Shown here in pieces: positions 17,630-26,574 of a stretch of 27,118 nt of DNA. Under the pieces are notes generated by a model. That model was given only the letters and a program-made list of their open reading frames with translations, was not told the DNA's origin and did not search any database. Position numbers and translations under genes: made by a program. Source of the stretch: Candidatus Zixiibacteriota bacterium (GTDB lineage Bacteria > Zixibacteria > MSB-5A5 > CAIYYT01); assembly GCA_040235515.1 (NCBI GenBank), contig JBECKX010000051.1, positions 1 to 27,118 of the forward strand, given 5' to 3'. Numbering within the stretch: position 1 is the stretch's first letter; the number at the start of each line of letters is the position of its first letter.

Positions 17630-19330
17630 ATGTTCGATAGAAATACTATTATAGCCTTCATCCTGATAGCAATAATATTCATTGGATGGCAGTTCCTTGC
17701 GGTTCCGCAATCACCACAGCAATCCCCGCAAGAAAGGCAGGTTGACACTGTCACTGTGACAGAGCAACCGGCGGCACAGCAAAACCTTCCTCGTTCGTAC
17801 GCCGATTCAGCCTCCCTTGGGAGCTTTGGTAGCAACCCAGCAACTACAACCGCACAACTTGATACAGTCAAACAAGCTGTTGATTCTATTCCAGATATAC
17901 TGATCCCGGTGGAAACCGACGTCTATGTCGGTACCCTCAGTAGCAGAGGCGGAGGCTTCGTTGAGCTGAGCCTCAAAGACTATGAGTACACCGAAGGTGG
18001 GCATGTTGCCCTGCTGCCTGCCGAAGCGACGCCGACTCCGACTCTGATATCGCAAATCTCCGATTTCCGCGATCAGTCGCTCGGATATCGCACTGACGCC
18101 ATTACGGTCAACCTGTCTGGAAACAGCTCTCCTCAGGTGGTCAGATTCAGCGCGGAAGTTCCGGGTCGGGGCACGATTGTCAAGGAGTACACCTTCTACC
18201 CGAATCGACACGACTTCGATCTGCGCATCAGCATCAACGGAGCTCCACAACTTGGCCTGGGAAAAGAGTACACTCTGGTCTGGTTGCCGCAGATCCCACC
18301 GTCAGAGCCGCATAATCTCGAATCAGATTACAGTTCCTACAAAGGCACTGCTTACCTTGGGGGAGAGATTTACAAAGTCGAGGACTTCGACAATGACCTG
18401 CTCAAGGAGGACATCACCGGCAGTGCACAGTTTGTTGGTTCGCGCTCCAAGTACTTCGGTTACGCCTTCATCCCTCAAAACACGCTCAGCAACGGCGCAT
18501 ATTTCCGGGGTGAGTCACGTAAGCGAACCGGGCCCGATGGCTCCTACACCGAGAAACGTATTTCGGCCGGTATAGTGATTCCGACCGGTTCAGCCTCGAG
18601 CATAGATAACTCCTTCAAGGTCTTTGCCGGACCCCTCGACTACAAGTTACTGAAGAAGTACAACGTCGACCTTGAGGATATGATCGATTGGGGCTGGAAG
18701 ATAATCAAGCCGTTCTCAATGGCGGTGTATTACTTCTGCTACTGGCTCCACAGCATCATCCCGAATTACGGCATCGTAATCATTATCACCAGTATCCTTT
18801 TGAAGCTGATTACCTTACCGCTTACGCGGAAATCGCTCAAGTCGATGGCGGCGATGAAGGAATTGGCTCCGAAAATGGAGGAACTGAAGGCCAAGTATAA
18901 GAGTGATCCGCAGAAGTTGAATCAGGAAGTGATGAAGATGTACAAGGAGCATGGGGCCAACCCGATGGGCGGCTGCCTCTTGATGCTCCCCCAGATGCCG
19001 CTCTTCTTCGGTCTCTTCCAGGTATTCCGCTCTACGATTGAGTTCCGCCAGGCTTACTTCGTTCCACCGTGGACCGACCTGTCGCAGCCTGATCACACCT
19101 ATATCCTGCTGGTGCTCACTGCAGCCTTGACCTATTTCCAGCAGAAGATTTCGATGACTGATCCGAAGATGAAGATGATGGTTTATGTTATGCCGATCGT
19201 CTTCTTCTTTATCATGCAGAGTTTGCCGGCTGGCTTGGTGCTCTACTGGTTCACCTTCACATCCCTTTCGGTTCTGGAGTCGGTGATCTTCAAACGCCCG
19301 GGCCAGGTTAAAAACCCGCAGGTAAAATAG
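17630..19330 (+). CDS. yidC: Membrane protein insertase YidC with a large periplasmic domain
   Basis: IDWGW, NYGIVII, NPMGGCL, QMP and PAGLVLYW. Confidence 0.97.
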   Translation: MFDRNTIIAFILIAIIFIGWQFLAVPQSPQQSPQERQVDTVTVTEQPAAQQNLPRSYADSASLGSFGSNPATTTAQLDTVKQAVDSIPDILIPVETDVYVGTLSSRGGGFVELSLKDYEYTEGGHVALLPAEATPTPTLISQISDFRDQSLGYRTDAITVNLSGNSSPQVVRFSAEVPGRGTIVKEYTFYPNRHDFDLRISINGAPQLGLGKEYTLVWLPQIPPSEPHNLESDYSSYKGTAYLGGEIYKVEDFDNDLLKEDITGSAQFVGSRSKYFGYAFIPQNTLSNGAYFRGESRKRTGPDGSYTEKRISAGIVIPTGSASSIDNSFKVFAGPLDYKLLKKYNVDLEDMIDWGWKIIKPFSMAVYYFCYWLHSIIPNYGIVIIITSILLKLITLPLTRKSLKSMAAMKELAPKMEELKAKYKSDPQKLNQEVMKMYKEHGANPMGGCLLMLPQMPLFFGLFQVFRSTIEFRQAYFVPPWTDLSQPDHTYILLVLTAALTYFQQKISMTDPKMKMMVYVMPIVFFFIMQSLPAGLVLYWFTFTSLSVLESVIFKRPGQVKNPQVK

Positions 19331-19348
19331 CTCCCGTGGTGGATCCTT

Positions 19349-20773
19349 ATGCAAAAGCTGCCCGACAGCAACGACACGATCGTTGCTATTTCAACTCCGC
19401 CGGGTTATGGTGGCATCGGTGTGGTGCGCATCTCAGGCACTTCTGCCTTTGCGGTAACGTCCCGGCTGGTCGATGAAGGGATAGATTTTTCCACACTGGC
19501 TTCGCATACCCTCCATCTCTGTCATATCAGCGAAACTCTCAGAACCGGTTCAGGCACTGATTCTTCTCTCCGAAATCAGATCGTAGATGAAGTTCTGGTC
19601 GCACTCTTCAAGTCACCGAATAGCTATACCGGCGAGGATGTTATCGAGATATCAGCGCATGGCAACCCGAGGATCCTGCAGCGGATCGTCGAACTTGCGG
19701 TCGCCCACGGTTGTCGCCGGGCTGCGCCGGGGGAGTTTACACTACGCGCCTTTCAGTCAGGCAGGATCGACTTGGTACAAGCTGAATCTGTTGCCGACTT
19801 GATCGCCGCTGAAGGTACTGCCTTCCAACAGGCAGCGATGTACCAGCTGAGCGGCAGTCTCTCAAGCTTCATCAATCAAATTCGAGAATGGCTGATTGAA
19901 ATTGCGGCGCTGTTCGAAGCCTACACCGACTTCCCGGATGAGGAGATCCCCCAGGAGCAGCAGGGGGAGCTTCTGCAAAGACTGACCCGGGTCGAACACA
20001 GACTGAAAACACTGGCGGACAGTTACAGGGATGGCGAGGTGCTTCGCAATGGAGTGCAGGTGCCGATTGTGGGACCGCCCAACGCAGGCAAGTCATCACT
20101 CTTCAACGCAATACTCTCTGAGGAGCGGGCGATTGTAACCGACCTTCCCGGAACGACACGCGATACCATTTCTGAGCAGGTCGATTACAAGGGCCTGGTA
20201 CTCCGCCTGATTGACACAGCGGGACTACGTGCCACCTCTGATCAGATTGAAGCATTAGGGGTAGAGCGCTCTCAGCGCGAGATGAAAGGTGCCGGGCTGA
20301 TGGTGCTGGTTGTGGATGCTGCGACTGCGGAGGACTCTGAAATCGAGTCTGCGCTGCAACTGGTTTCAGATAAACGCTATCTACTAGTTTTCAACAAAGT
20401 CGACAGCGCAAATGATCAACGAATAGCACATCTCAAGCAGCAATTCGCGCCATTCCAGCCGCTGCTGGTATCTGCCAAAGAGTTGAGTGGTATCGGCGAT
20501 CTTCTGCAGGCGATTTATGATACTGCGCTGGGGGAGAGTCTCGATACGATACCGCTCCAACACACGCTCACGAATCGTCGGCATTTCGAAGCGGTCGAGG
20601 AAGCGCTGCGATCGCTTGCGCGAGTCGTCACAGGCTTGCACGAGGGACACGGTTTCGAGTTGCTGGCTTTCGATCTGCGCCAGGCTATCGAGAGTCTGGA
20701 AGAGATTTTGGGTCGTGTCACGAACGACGACCTCCTGGCGGAGATATTCGGAAGGTTCTGCATCGGCAAATAG
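19349..20773 (+). CDS. mnmE: tRNA modification GTPase MnmE (TrmE)
   Basis: DTIVAISTP, GPPNAGKSS, GTTRD, DTAG, NKVD and C-terminal FCIGK. Confidence 0.98.
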   Translation: MQKLPDSNDTIVAISTPPGYGGIGVVRISGTSAFAVTSRLVDEGIDFSTLASHTLHLCHISETLRTGSGTDSSLRNQIVDEVLVALFKSPNSYTGEDVIEISAHGNPRILQRIVELAVAHGCRRAAPGEFTLRAFQSGRIDLVQAESVADLIAAEGTAFQQAAMYQLSGSLSSFINQIREWLIEIAALFEAYTDFPDEEIPQEQQGELLQRLTRVEHRLKTLADSYRDGEVLRNGVQVPIVGPPNAGKSSLFNAILSEERAIVTDLPGTTRDTISEQVDYKGLVLRLIDTAGLRATSDQIEALGVERSQREMKGAGLMVLVVDAATAEDSEIESALQLVSDKRYLLVFNKVDSANDQRIAHLKQQFAPFQPLLVSAKELSGIGDLLQAIYDTALGESLDTIPLQHTLTNRRHFEAVEEALRSLARVVTGLHEGHGFELLAFDLRQAIESLEEILGRVTNDDLLAEIFGRFCIGK

Positions 20774-20808
20774 GGAATTCAGCCGGCGCCAGGAACGGTC
20801 CGGTGCAT

Positions 20809-20824
20809 TGTTTCACGTGAAACA
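20809..20824. promoter_or_regulatory. parS centromere site (ParB binding)
   Basis: Perfect palindrome TGTTTCACGTGAAACA in the mnmE-mnmG spacer. Confidence 0.95.
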
Positions 20825-20938
20825 GGCGTGCTTTGGATCTCGAAATTTCCTGAGTTACAAGCAAGTAGGGTAGCGTGGCCGGACAATCTGATCTTGGAAA
20901 CTTGATTTATTGAATCTATCAACGTATCAATAGCAGCA

Positions 20939-22825
20939 ATGACCAGAGATTTTGAAGTCATAGTGGTTGGCGGTGGGCATGCCGGAATTGAGGCAGCGTG
21001 CGCCGCTGCGCGCATGGGTGCGAAAACGGCGCTGATAAGTGGCGATTTGGGGCGCATCGGGGAGATGAGCTGCAATCCGGCAATCGGGGGTGTCGGCAAA
21101 GGACAGCTTGTTCGCGAAATCGATGCCCTTGGCGGTGTCATGGGGCTGATCACAGACCGCGCCGGAATCCATTTCCGAACTCTGAATCGCAGCAAGGGGC
21201 CCGCTGTCTGGTCCTCACGCGCCCAGGCGGACCGCAAACTGTATCGCGAAGCAGCGCAGGAGATCGTCCGCAATACGCCCAATCTGACTCTGGTCGAGGG
21301 GATGGTAGTTGGCATCGGAGCGAGCGGATCGGAGTTTGCGCACGTGCAACTCGCCGATGGCGATACGATTAGCGGCAACGCGTGTATTCTCTGTTCAGGG
21401 ACATTTCTTAACGGCCTGATCCACATCGGCACGCTGCAAACTCCCGCCGGCCGGATCAATGAGGCCCCCGCGCTGGGCTTGTCAGAGTCGCTCCAGGGCT
21501 TCGGATTCCAGGTCGGAAGACTCAAAACCGGGACTCCCCCACGTCTTGAGGGAGAAACGATCGACTACGAAAGACTTGAACCGCAGGCGGGTGATGATTA
21601 CTTCCGCCCTTTCAGCCTGCGCACTCAAGTAGCTGTCGAGAATAAAGCGCTCTGTCATATAACCTACACCAATACAGCCACGCATCGGCTGATCGAAGCC
21701 AACTTTCACCAGTCGGCAATGTTCTCCGGAGCGATCAGGGGTACGGGGCCACGCTACTGTCCATCGATTGAGGACAAAGTACATCGCTTCCGGGACAAAG
21801 ATCGGCACCAGCTATTTATTGAACCTGAAGGGCTTGATACGACTGAGATATATATAAACGGGCTGTCGACTTCGCTCCCGGCGGAGGTCCAGGAACAGAT
21901 GCTGCATACAATCCCCGGTCTGGAGCAGGTGGTGATGACTCGCCCCGGATATGCGGTTGAGTATGATTTCTTCCCGGCCTTCCAAATTTCACCAAGTCTG
22001 GAGACAAGACCTGTGGCCAATCTCTACCTTTGCGGCCAGATCAACGGCACATCAGGATATGAGGAAGCCGCGGCGCAGGGTTTGATTGCCGGAATCAACG
22101 CCGCGCTCAAGTTGCGTGGTTCGGCGCCGTTCTATCTCGATCGCTCAGAGGCTTATATTGGTGTGATGATTGATGATTTGATCAATTGCGTGCCACAGGA
22201 GCCGTACCGCATGTTTACTTCACGCGCCGAGTATCGACTGGCATTGCGGGAGGATAACGCTGCGGAACGTTTGATCGGTTACGGGCGGGAGTTTGGGTTG
22301 ATCGAAGAGGGGGTCTACCGCCGGCATTTGAGTTTGAGAGCCGCCGTGGATGCCGAAAAATCTCGTTTCTGGTCAACTTCGGTCCTAATTTCAGCGGTTG
22401 ATCCTTCCGCCGACAACGGTGACAGGCAACCGATGGGGCGTATCTTGAAACGCCCTAATGTCAGCTACCATGATTTTGCGCAGATTGATGAGATTGTCGC
22501 TTCCCAGGCGACAGAGATCGCTGAGAAGGTTGAGATCGAGGTGAAGTACGCCGGCTATCTCGAGAAGCAGCAGCGTGAGATCGAGAAGTTCAAGCAACTT
22601 GAGGAAAAGCGGATTCCCGCAAACTTTGATGTCTCCAAGGTGCGTGGACTGAAAACTGAGGCGCGCCTGGAACTGGAGCGTGTCCGACCGGTCAGCCTTG
22701 GGCAGGCATCCCGTCTGGCAGGGGTTACCTTCTCCGATATCAGTGTGCTGCTGGTGCACTTGAAGCGCTACGGAAATGGCGGCGCACAGGATGTTTCACG
22801 TGAAACAATTGAACCTGCTCCCTGA
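20939..22825 (+). CDS. mnmG: tRNA uridine-5-carboxymethylaminomethyl modification enzyme MnmG (GidA)
   Basis: GGGHAG, MSCNPAIGG, RLKTGTPPR, GPRYCPSIEDK and GQINGTSGYEEAAAQG. Confidence 0.99.
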   Translation: MTRDFEVIVVGGGHAGIEAACAAARMGAKTALISGDLGRIGEMSCNPAIGGVGKGQLVREIDALGGVMGLITDRAGIHFRTLNRSKGPAVWSSRAQADRKLYREAAQEIVRNTPNLTLVEGMVVGIGASGSEFAHVQLADGDTISGNACILCSGTFLNGLIHIGTLQTPAGRINEAPALGLSESLQGFGFQVGRLKTGTPPRLEGETIDYERLEPQAGDDYFRPFSLRTQVAVENKALCHITYTNTATHRLIEANFHQSAMFSGAIRGTGPRYCPSIEDKVHRFRDKDRHQLFIEPEGLDTTEIYINGLSTSLPAEVQEQMLHTIPGLEQVVMTRPGYAVEYDFFPAFQISPSLETRPVANLYLCGQINGTSGYEEAAAQGLIAGINAALKLRGSAPFYLDRSEAYIGVMIDDLINCVPQEPYRMFTSRAEYRLALREDNAAERLIGYGREFGLIEEGVYRRHLSLRAAVDAEKSRFWSTSVLISAVDPSADNGDRQPMGRILKRPNVSYHDFAQIDEIVASQATEIAEKVEIEVKYAGYLEKQQREIEKFKQLEEKRIPANFDVSKVRGLKTEARLELERVRPVSLGQASRLAGVTFSDISVLLVHLKRYGNGGAQDVSRETIEPAP

Positions 22826-23444
22826 AGCTACCCTTGACTTGATCGCTTCTTCAGCGATCACGGATCCTGAGAGGCTGATCGATCAGCTATCACGATTCAA
22901 AACCACCCTGCTGAAAGTTAATCAGAAGATCAATCTTGTTTCCCGACAAAACAGCGAGGCCGTTGCGGATCATTCATTCTATGACTCGATCGCACTGCTG
23001 CAGCTGGTGAATCCGAAGCCGGGGGAGCGACTCCTTGACCTCGGTTCTGGTGCCGGATTCCCGGGGTTGGTGATCGCTGCGGCGGTGCCTGCGATGCGAG
23101 TGATCAGCGTTGAGGCGAATCGCCGCAAGGTTGAGTTCCAGCGACAAGTGGTCAGGGAACTGGGGCTGGAGAATGTCGAACTGCTGTGCGCGCGGATAGA
23201 GGCGCTCTCTCCGCTGTTGGTCGATTCCGCCATTGCCAAAGCGTTCTCCAGCGTCGAGCAAGCGGTGGCGCTGATCGCCCCTCATCTCCGCAGTGGGGGT
23301 AGTTTGTTTCTGCCGCGATCGCTCCATGAAGACCCCGCCGCGGTCGATTGGGAGAGACTCCGATTCAAGTATCTGAAAGCGTTACAGTATCAATCTGGAA
23401 CAGATAAACGTTACTCACAGCTTATCCACACAAAAAAGTTGTAA
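22776..23444 (+). CDS. rsmG: 16S rRNA m7G527 methyltransferase RsmG (GidB); start may be 22776, 22791 or 22809
   Basis: NQKINLVSR, H..DS and LDLGSGAGFPG motifs; position after mnmG. Confidence 0.93.
   Translation: MAAHRMFHVKQLNLLPEATLDLIASSAITDPERLIDQLSRFKTTLLKVNQKINLVSRQNSEAVADHSFYDSIALLQLVNPKPGERLLDLGSGAGFPGLVIAAAVPAMRVISVEANRRKVEFQRQVVRELGLENVELLCARIEALSPLLVDSAIAKAFSSVEQAVALIAPHLRSGGSLFLPRSLHEDPAAVDWERLRFKYLKALQYQSGTDKRYSQLIHTKKL
22792..22807. promoter_or_regulatory. parS centromere site within the mnmG/rsmG junction
   Basis: Perfect TGTTTCACGTGAAACA. Confidence 0.95.
23411..23430 (+). promoter_or_regulatory. Tandem DnaA boxes upstream of parA (inside the rsmG 3' end)
   Basis: Perfect TTATCCACA at 23422-23430 and degenerate TTACTCACA at 23411-23419, followed by an AT-rich stretch. 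Confidence 0.55.
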
Positions 23445-23522
23445 CTGTTAATAAGTTTCTATTGCCAACGGGGTGTCGGCTAATTACATAGGTAGTTAGT
23501 TGCAAAGAGAACAAGGATCGTC

Positions 23523-24320
23523 GTGTACGCACCAGAGTATGCGTCAGCGCGGGAGGGAACCCTGGCTAAGATCATCGCTATTGCCAATCAAAAAGGTGGA
23601 GTCGGGAAGACCACCACCGCTATCAATCTCTCCGCCTGCATCGCGATCGCAGAAAAGAATACACTTTTAGTCGATCTTGACCCTCAGGGGAATGCTACCT
23701 CGGGGATGGGGCTGGAAAAATTAAAGATTGATGTTTCAGTCTATGATCTCCTGCTGGGGGAGAAATCTCCGGAGGAGTGCGCGCTGCGCACCAATATCAA
23801 GCATCTCGACATCATGCCCGCCAACATCAACCTGGTGGCGGCGGAGCTTGAACTGGTGGACCAGAACAACCGTGAGACCATCTTGCGCGAGAAGCTGCGA
23901 GCAATCACGGAGTATTATGACTACGTTGTGATCGATTGTCCCCCATCACTCGGACTGCTTACACTCAATGCGCTGTCGGCCGCTGATTACCTGCTTGTCC
24001 CGATACAGGCGGAGTATTACGCGCTGGAGGGTTTGGGCCAACTGATGAACACCGTGCAACTGGTGCAGCAGGGACTCAACCCGGGGCTCGAGATCGGCGG
24101 GATTTTGATCACGATGTTCGATCCGCGCCTCAACCTTGCGCGACAGGTGGTGGAGGATGCCCGCGAACACTTCAAGGACAAGGTGTTCAAGACTATCATT
24201 AACCGTAACGTCCGCCTTGGCGAAGCGCCCTCATTTGGCAAGCCGATTATCCTGTACGACATTGGCTCCACCGGCGCGGAGAATTATATTTCGCTGACGG
24301 AGGAGGTCTTAAGCTTATGA
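23523..24320 (+). CDS. parA: Chromosome partitioning ATPase ParA/Soj (alternative start CTG at 23562)
   Basis: Deviant Walker A NQKGGVGKTT, DLDPQGNAT, IDCPPSLG and RNVRLGEAPSFG. Confidence 0.98.
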   Translation: MYAPEYASAREGTLAKIIAIANQKGGVGKTTTAINLSACIAIAEKNTLLVDLDPQGNATSGMGLEKLKIDVSVYDLLLGEKSPEECALRTNIKHLDIMPANINLVAAELELVDQNNRETILREKLRAITEYYDYVVIDCPPSLGLLTLNALSAADYLLVPIQAEYYALEGLGQLMNTVQLVQQGLNPGLEIGGILITMFDPRLNLARQVVEDAREHFKDKVFKTIINRNVRLGEAPSFGKPIILYDIGSTGAENYISLTEEVLSL

Positions 24321-25171
24321 GGAAACAAGCACTGGGAAAAGGACTCTCCGCGCTGATTCCGACCAAACCTGAGAAGAGCGGCGAGCGTTTCGAGATGCTC
24401 GCACTGAATAAGATTGTCCCCAACCCGAACCAGCCACGCAAGTTCTTTGAAGAAGAGAAGCTTGAGCAACTGGCGCAGTCGATCAAACAGCGTGGTGTGC
24501 TGCAACCGATTCTGGTGCGGCCGACCGACGGCAAGTTTCAGATCGTGGCCGGCGAGCGCAGATTCCGTGCCGCCGAACGACTCGGGCTTGAGGAAGTGCC
24601 GGTGCGCGTCGTGGAGAACCTCGATGATCAGTCGATGCTTGAGATCTCGATCATTGAAAACCTGCAGCGCGATGACCTCAATCCGGTCGAACTGGCCAAA
24701 GGTTATAACCGTCTGCTGAATGAGTTCCAGATGACGCAGGCTGACCTGTCGGTAAAGGTTGGCAAAGACAGATCCTCCATTGCCAACACGCTGCGCCTGC
24801 TGCAACTTCCGGGCGAAGTGAAGGATCTGATCGAGGCGGGCAAATTGAAGGAGGGTCACGCGCGGGCGATCCTGGCGATCGAGAATGAGCAAAAGCAACT
24901 TGAGCTGGCGCGTCGGATCATTGATGAGGATCTGACGGTCAGGGCGATCGAAGAGATCATCTATGGCCCGAAACGGCGCAAGCGTGGACGCAGCTTGAAG
25001 CTCAAGACTGCGCGCCCGGTGGAGATTCAACAGGCAGAGACAGAACTGAAGCGGAAGCTGGGCACCGCGGTTACGATTACGCGCGGGTTGAAGCGGGGTC
25101 GGATCACGATCCAGTTTTATGGCGACAACGATCTGACCCGTATCCTGGAAGTTCTGGGGGTAGAGATTTAG
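24317..25171 (+). CDS. parB: Chromosome partitioning CTPase ParB/Spo0J
   Basis: ALGKGLSALI, PNPNQPRK, GERRFRA, ENLQRDDL, HTH GKDRSSIANTLRLL and GHARA. Confidence 0.98.
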   Translation: MRKQALGKGLSALIPTKPEKSGERFEMLALNKIVPNPNQPRKFFEEEKLEQLAQSIKQRGVLQPILVRPTDGKFQIVAGERRFRAAERLGLEEVPVRVVENLDDQSMLEISIIENLQRDDLNPVELAKGYNRLLNEFQMTQADLSVKVGKDRSSIANTLRLLQLPGEVKDLIEAGKLKEGHARAILAIENEQKQLELARRIIDEDLTVRAIEEIIYGPKRRKRGRSLKLKTARPVEIQQAETELKRKLGTAVTITRGLKRGRITIQFYGDNDLTRILEVLGVEI

Positions 25172-25175
25172 CGCG

Positions 25176-25973
25176 ATGGCATCCGAGTCGAAGTATTTCA
25201 CTTTGATGCTGATCTCGTCTGAGACTGCACGCGAGCCGAAATCGCTGAAGCTCTCATACTTCGCGTTTCGGTTATTGGTCGGGGTGTTGATCCTCCTGCT
25301 GGTGGCATTGATCTTTCTAGCGGTCACCTATCCGATGTTGCTGTCGCGCGCCGGTGAGCAATCAGAGCTGGTGCAGGAGAACGAGGAACTGCGCAGGCTG
25401 AACAGCAAAGTCGAGCTGCTGGAGCAGCACCTGCAGGCGTATCGGGTGATGCTCAAGCAGGTCACGACGCTTGCAGGGATCGATCTGGCTGATTACGGCC
25501 TCGACTTCGACTCTGTCCCGGGTGCCGGAATCAAGAGCGAACTCGACCCGGCGGCTTTGCAGGCAGCGTTCTCTGATCTGCCGCAACCGATTCCCACCGG
25601 TCTTCCGGTGCAGGGATTCATGTCGCGGGCTTTTCGACCTAACGATGACAATCCCAGGACTCGGCACTCAGGCGTTGATATCGCGGTCGCATCAGGAACA
25701 CCGGTGCGGGCCACCGCCGACGGAAAGGTAACTTTTGCCGGCTGGGATGAAGTTTTTGGCTGGACTATTATGATGAAACACGCGGATAGTGTCGAAACAA
25801 TATATGGGCACAATGACTCGCTGTTAGTCAATGTCGGAGACAGTGTCAGCTACGGGCGGGTGATTGCACTCTCGGGCAACACCGGAACCAGTACTGCTCC
25901 GCATGTGCATTATGAAATTCGAATAAATGGTAACGCGGTAAATCCGGAAGGATACGATGCTAAGAGCGAATAG
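25176..25973 (+). CDS. M23 family endopeptidase with TM and coiled coil
   Basis: HSGVD, YGHN and STAPHVHYE. Confidence 0.93.
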   Translation: MASESKYFTLMLISSETAREPKSLKLSYFAFRLLVGVLILLLVALIFLAVTYPMLLSRAGEQSELVQENEELRRLNSKVELLEQHLQAYRVMLKQVTTLAGIDLADYGLDFDSVPGAGIKSELDPAALQAAFSDLPQPIPTGLPVQGFMSRAFRPNDDNPRTRHSGVDIAVASGTPVRATADGKVTFAGWDEVFGWTIMMKHADSVETIYGHNDSLLVNVGDSVSYGRVIALSGNTGTSTAPHVHYEIRINGNAVNPEGYDAKSE

Positions 25974-26004
25974 AACTGACAAGACGGATAAAGGAGACAC
26001 TACG

Positions 26005-26394
26005 ATGTCAGAGAACCTCAGCACTATCATTGGAAAAGATAGTCTATTCACGGGGACGCTGCAGGTAAAGGGAACCCTGCGCGTTGATGGGAAGCTTAAG
26101 GGGAAGATCATTGCGGATGAAACAGTTTCTGTGGGTGCCACCGGTGAAGTCGAAGCCGATATCGAAGCCAAGACCGTGGTAGTTGCCGGAACCGTCGCCG
26201 GCAATATTCATACGACCGAGAAGCTGGAATTGCAGTCCAAGGCGAAGGTGTTAGGTGACCTGGTTACCAAGAGCATCGTAATTGAGCAGGGCGCTGTATT
26301 CCACGGATCATGTAATATGAAGGGTCAAGCCCCGGTAAAGGAACTTGACAGCAAGTCCGATAAGAACTTAGAGAGGCAGCAACAGCCGCGCTAG
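26005..26394 (+). CDS. Bactofilin (CcmA/BacA-type polymer-forming cytoskeletal protein); ATG 26005 preferred over 25957
   Basis: STIIGKDSLFTGTL...LRVDGKLKGKI...GEVEADIEAKTVVVAGTVAGNI...IEQGAVFHGSCNM; AAGGAG at 25991-25996. Confidence 0.95.
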   Translation: MSENLSTIIGKDSLFTGTLQVKGTLRVDGKLKGKIIADETVSVGATGEVEADIEAKTVVVAGTVAGNIHTTEKLELQSKAKVLGDLVTKSIVIEQGAVFHGSCNMKGQAPVKELDSKSDKNLERQQQPR

Positions 26395-26429
26395 GGGATT
26401 AGCGCCCTCTTGACACCTCTCCACCTGTG

Positions 26430-26528
26430 TGTGGATAACAGCTACAGGATTGTGGAAATCCCCACATCCCTCTGAGCCGCATAGAATTGCATCTCAGAGT
26501 TAATCGGACGATTTAGACGTTATCCACA
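26430..26528. promoter_or_regulatory. Intergenic DnaA-box cluster (oriC candidate or DnaA-binding site)
   Basis: Perfect TGTGGATAA at 26430-26438 and TTATCCACA at 26520-26528; one-mismatch TGTGGAAAT at 26451-26459. Confidence 0.6.
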
Positions 26529-26574
26529 AAGGCTTGCAAGTAGTTTGTTTACTTTTCGTTAGGACGGAAAGCGC

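Noticed and set aside
20779..21525. 248-aa minus-strand ORF
   Set aside because: Antisense to mnmG; a typical spurious frame.
24284..25327. 347-aa minus-strand ORF
   Set aside because: Antisense shadow of parB with no recognisable motifs.
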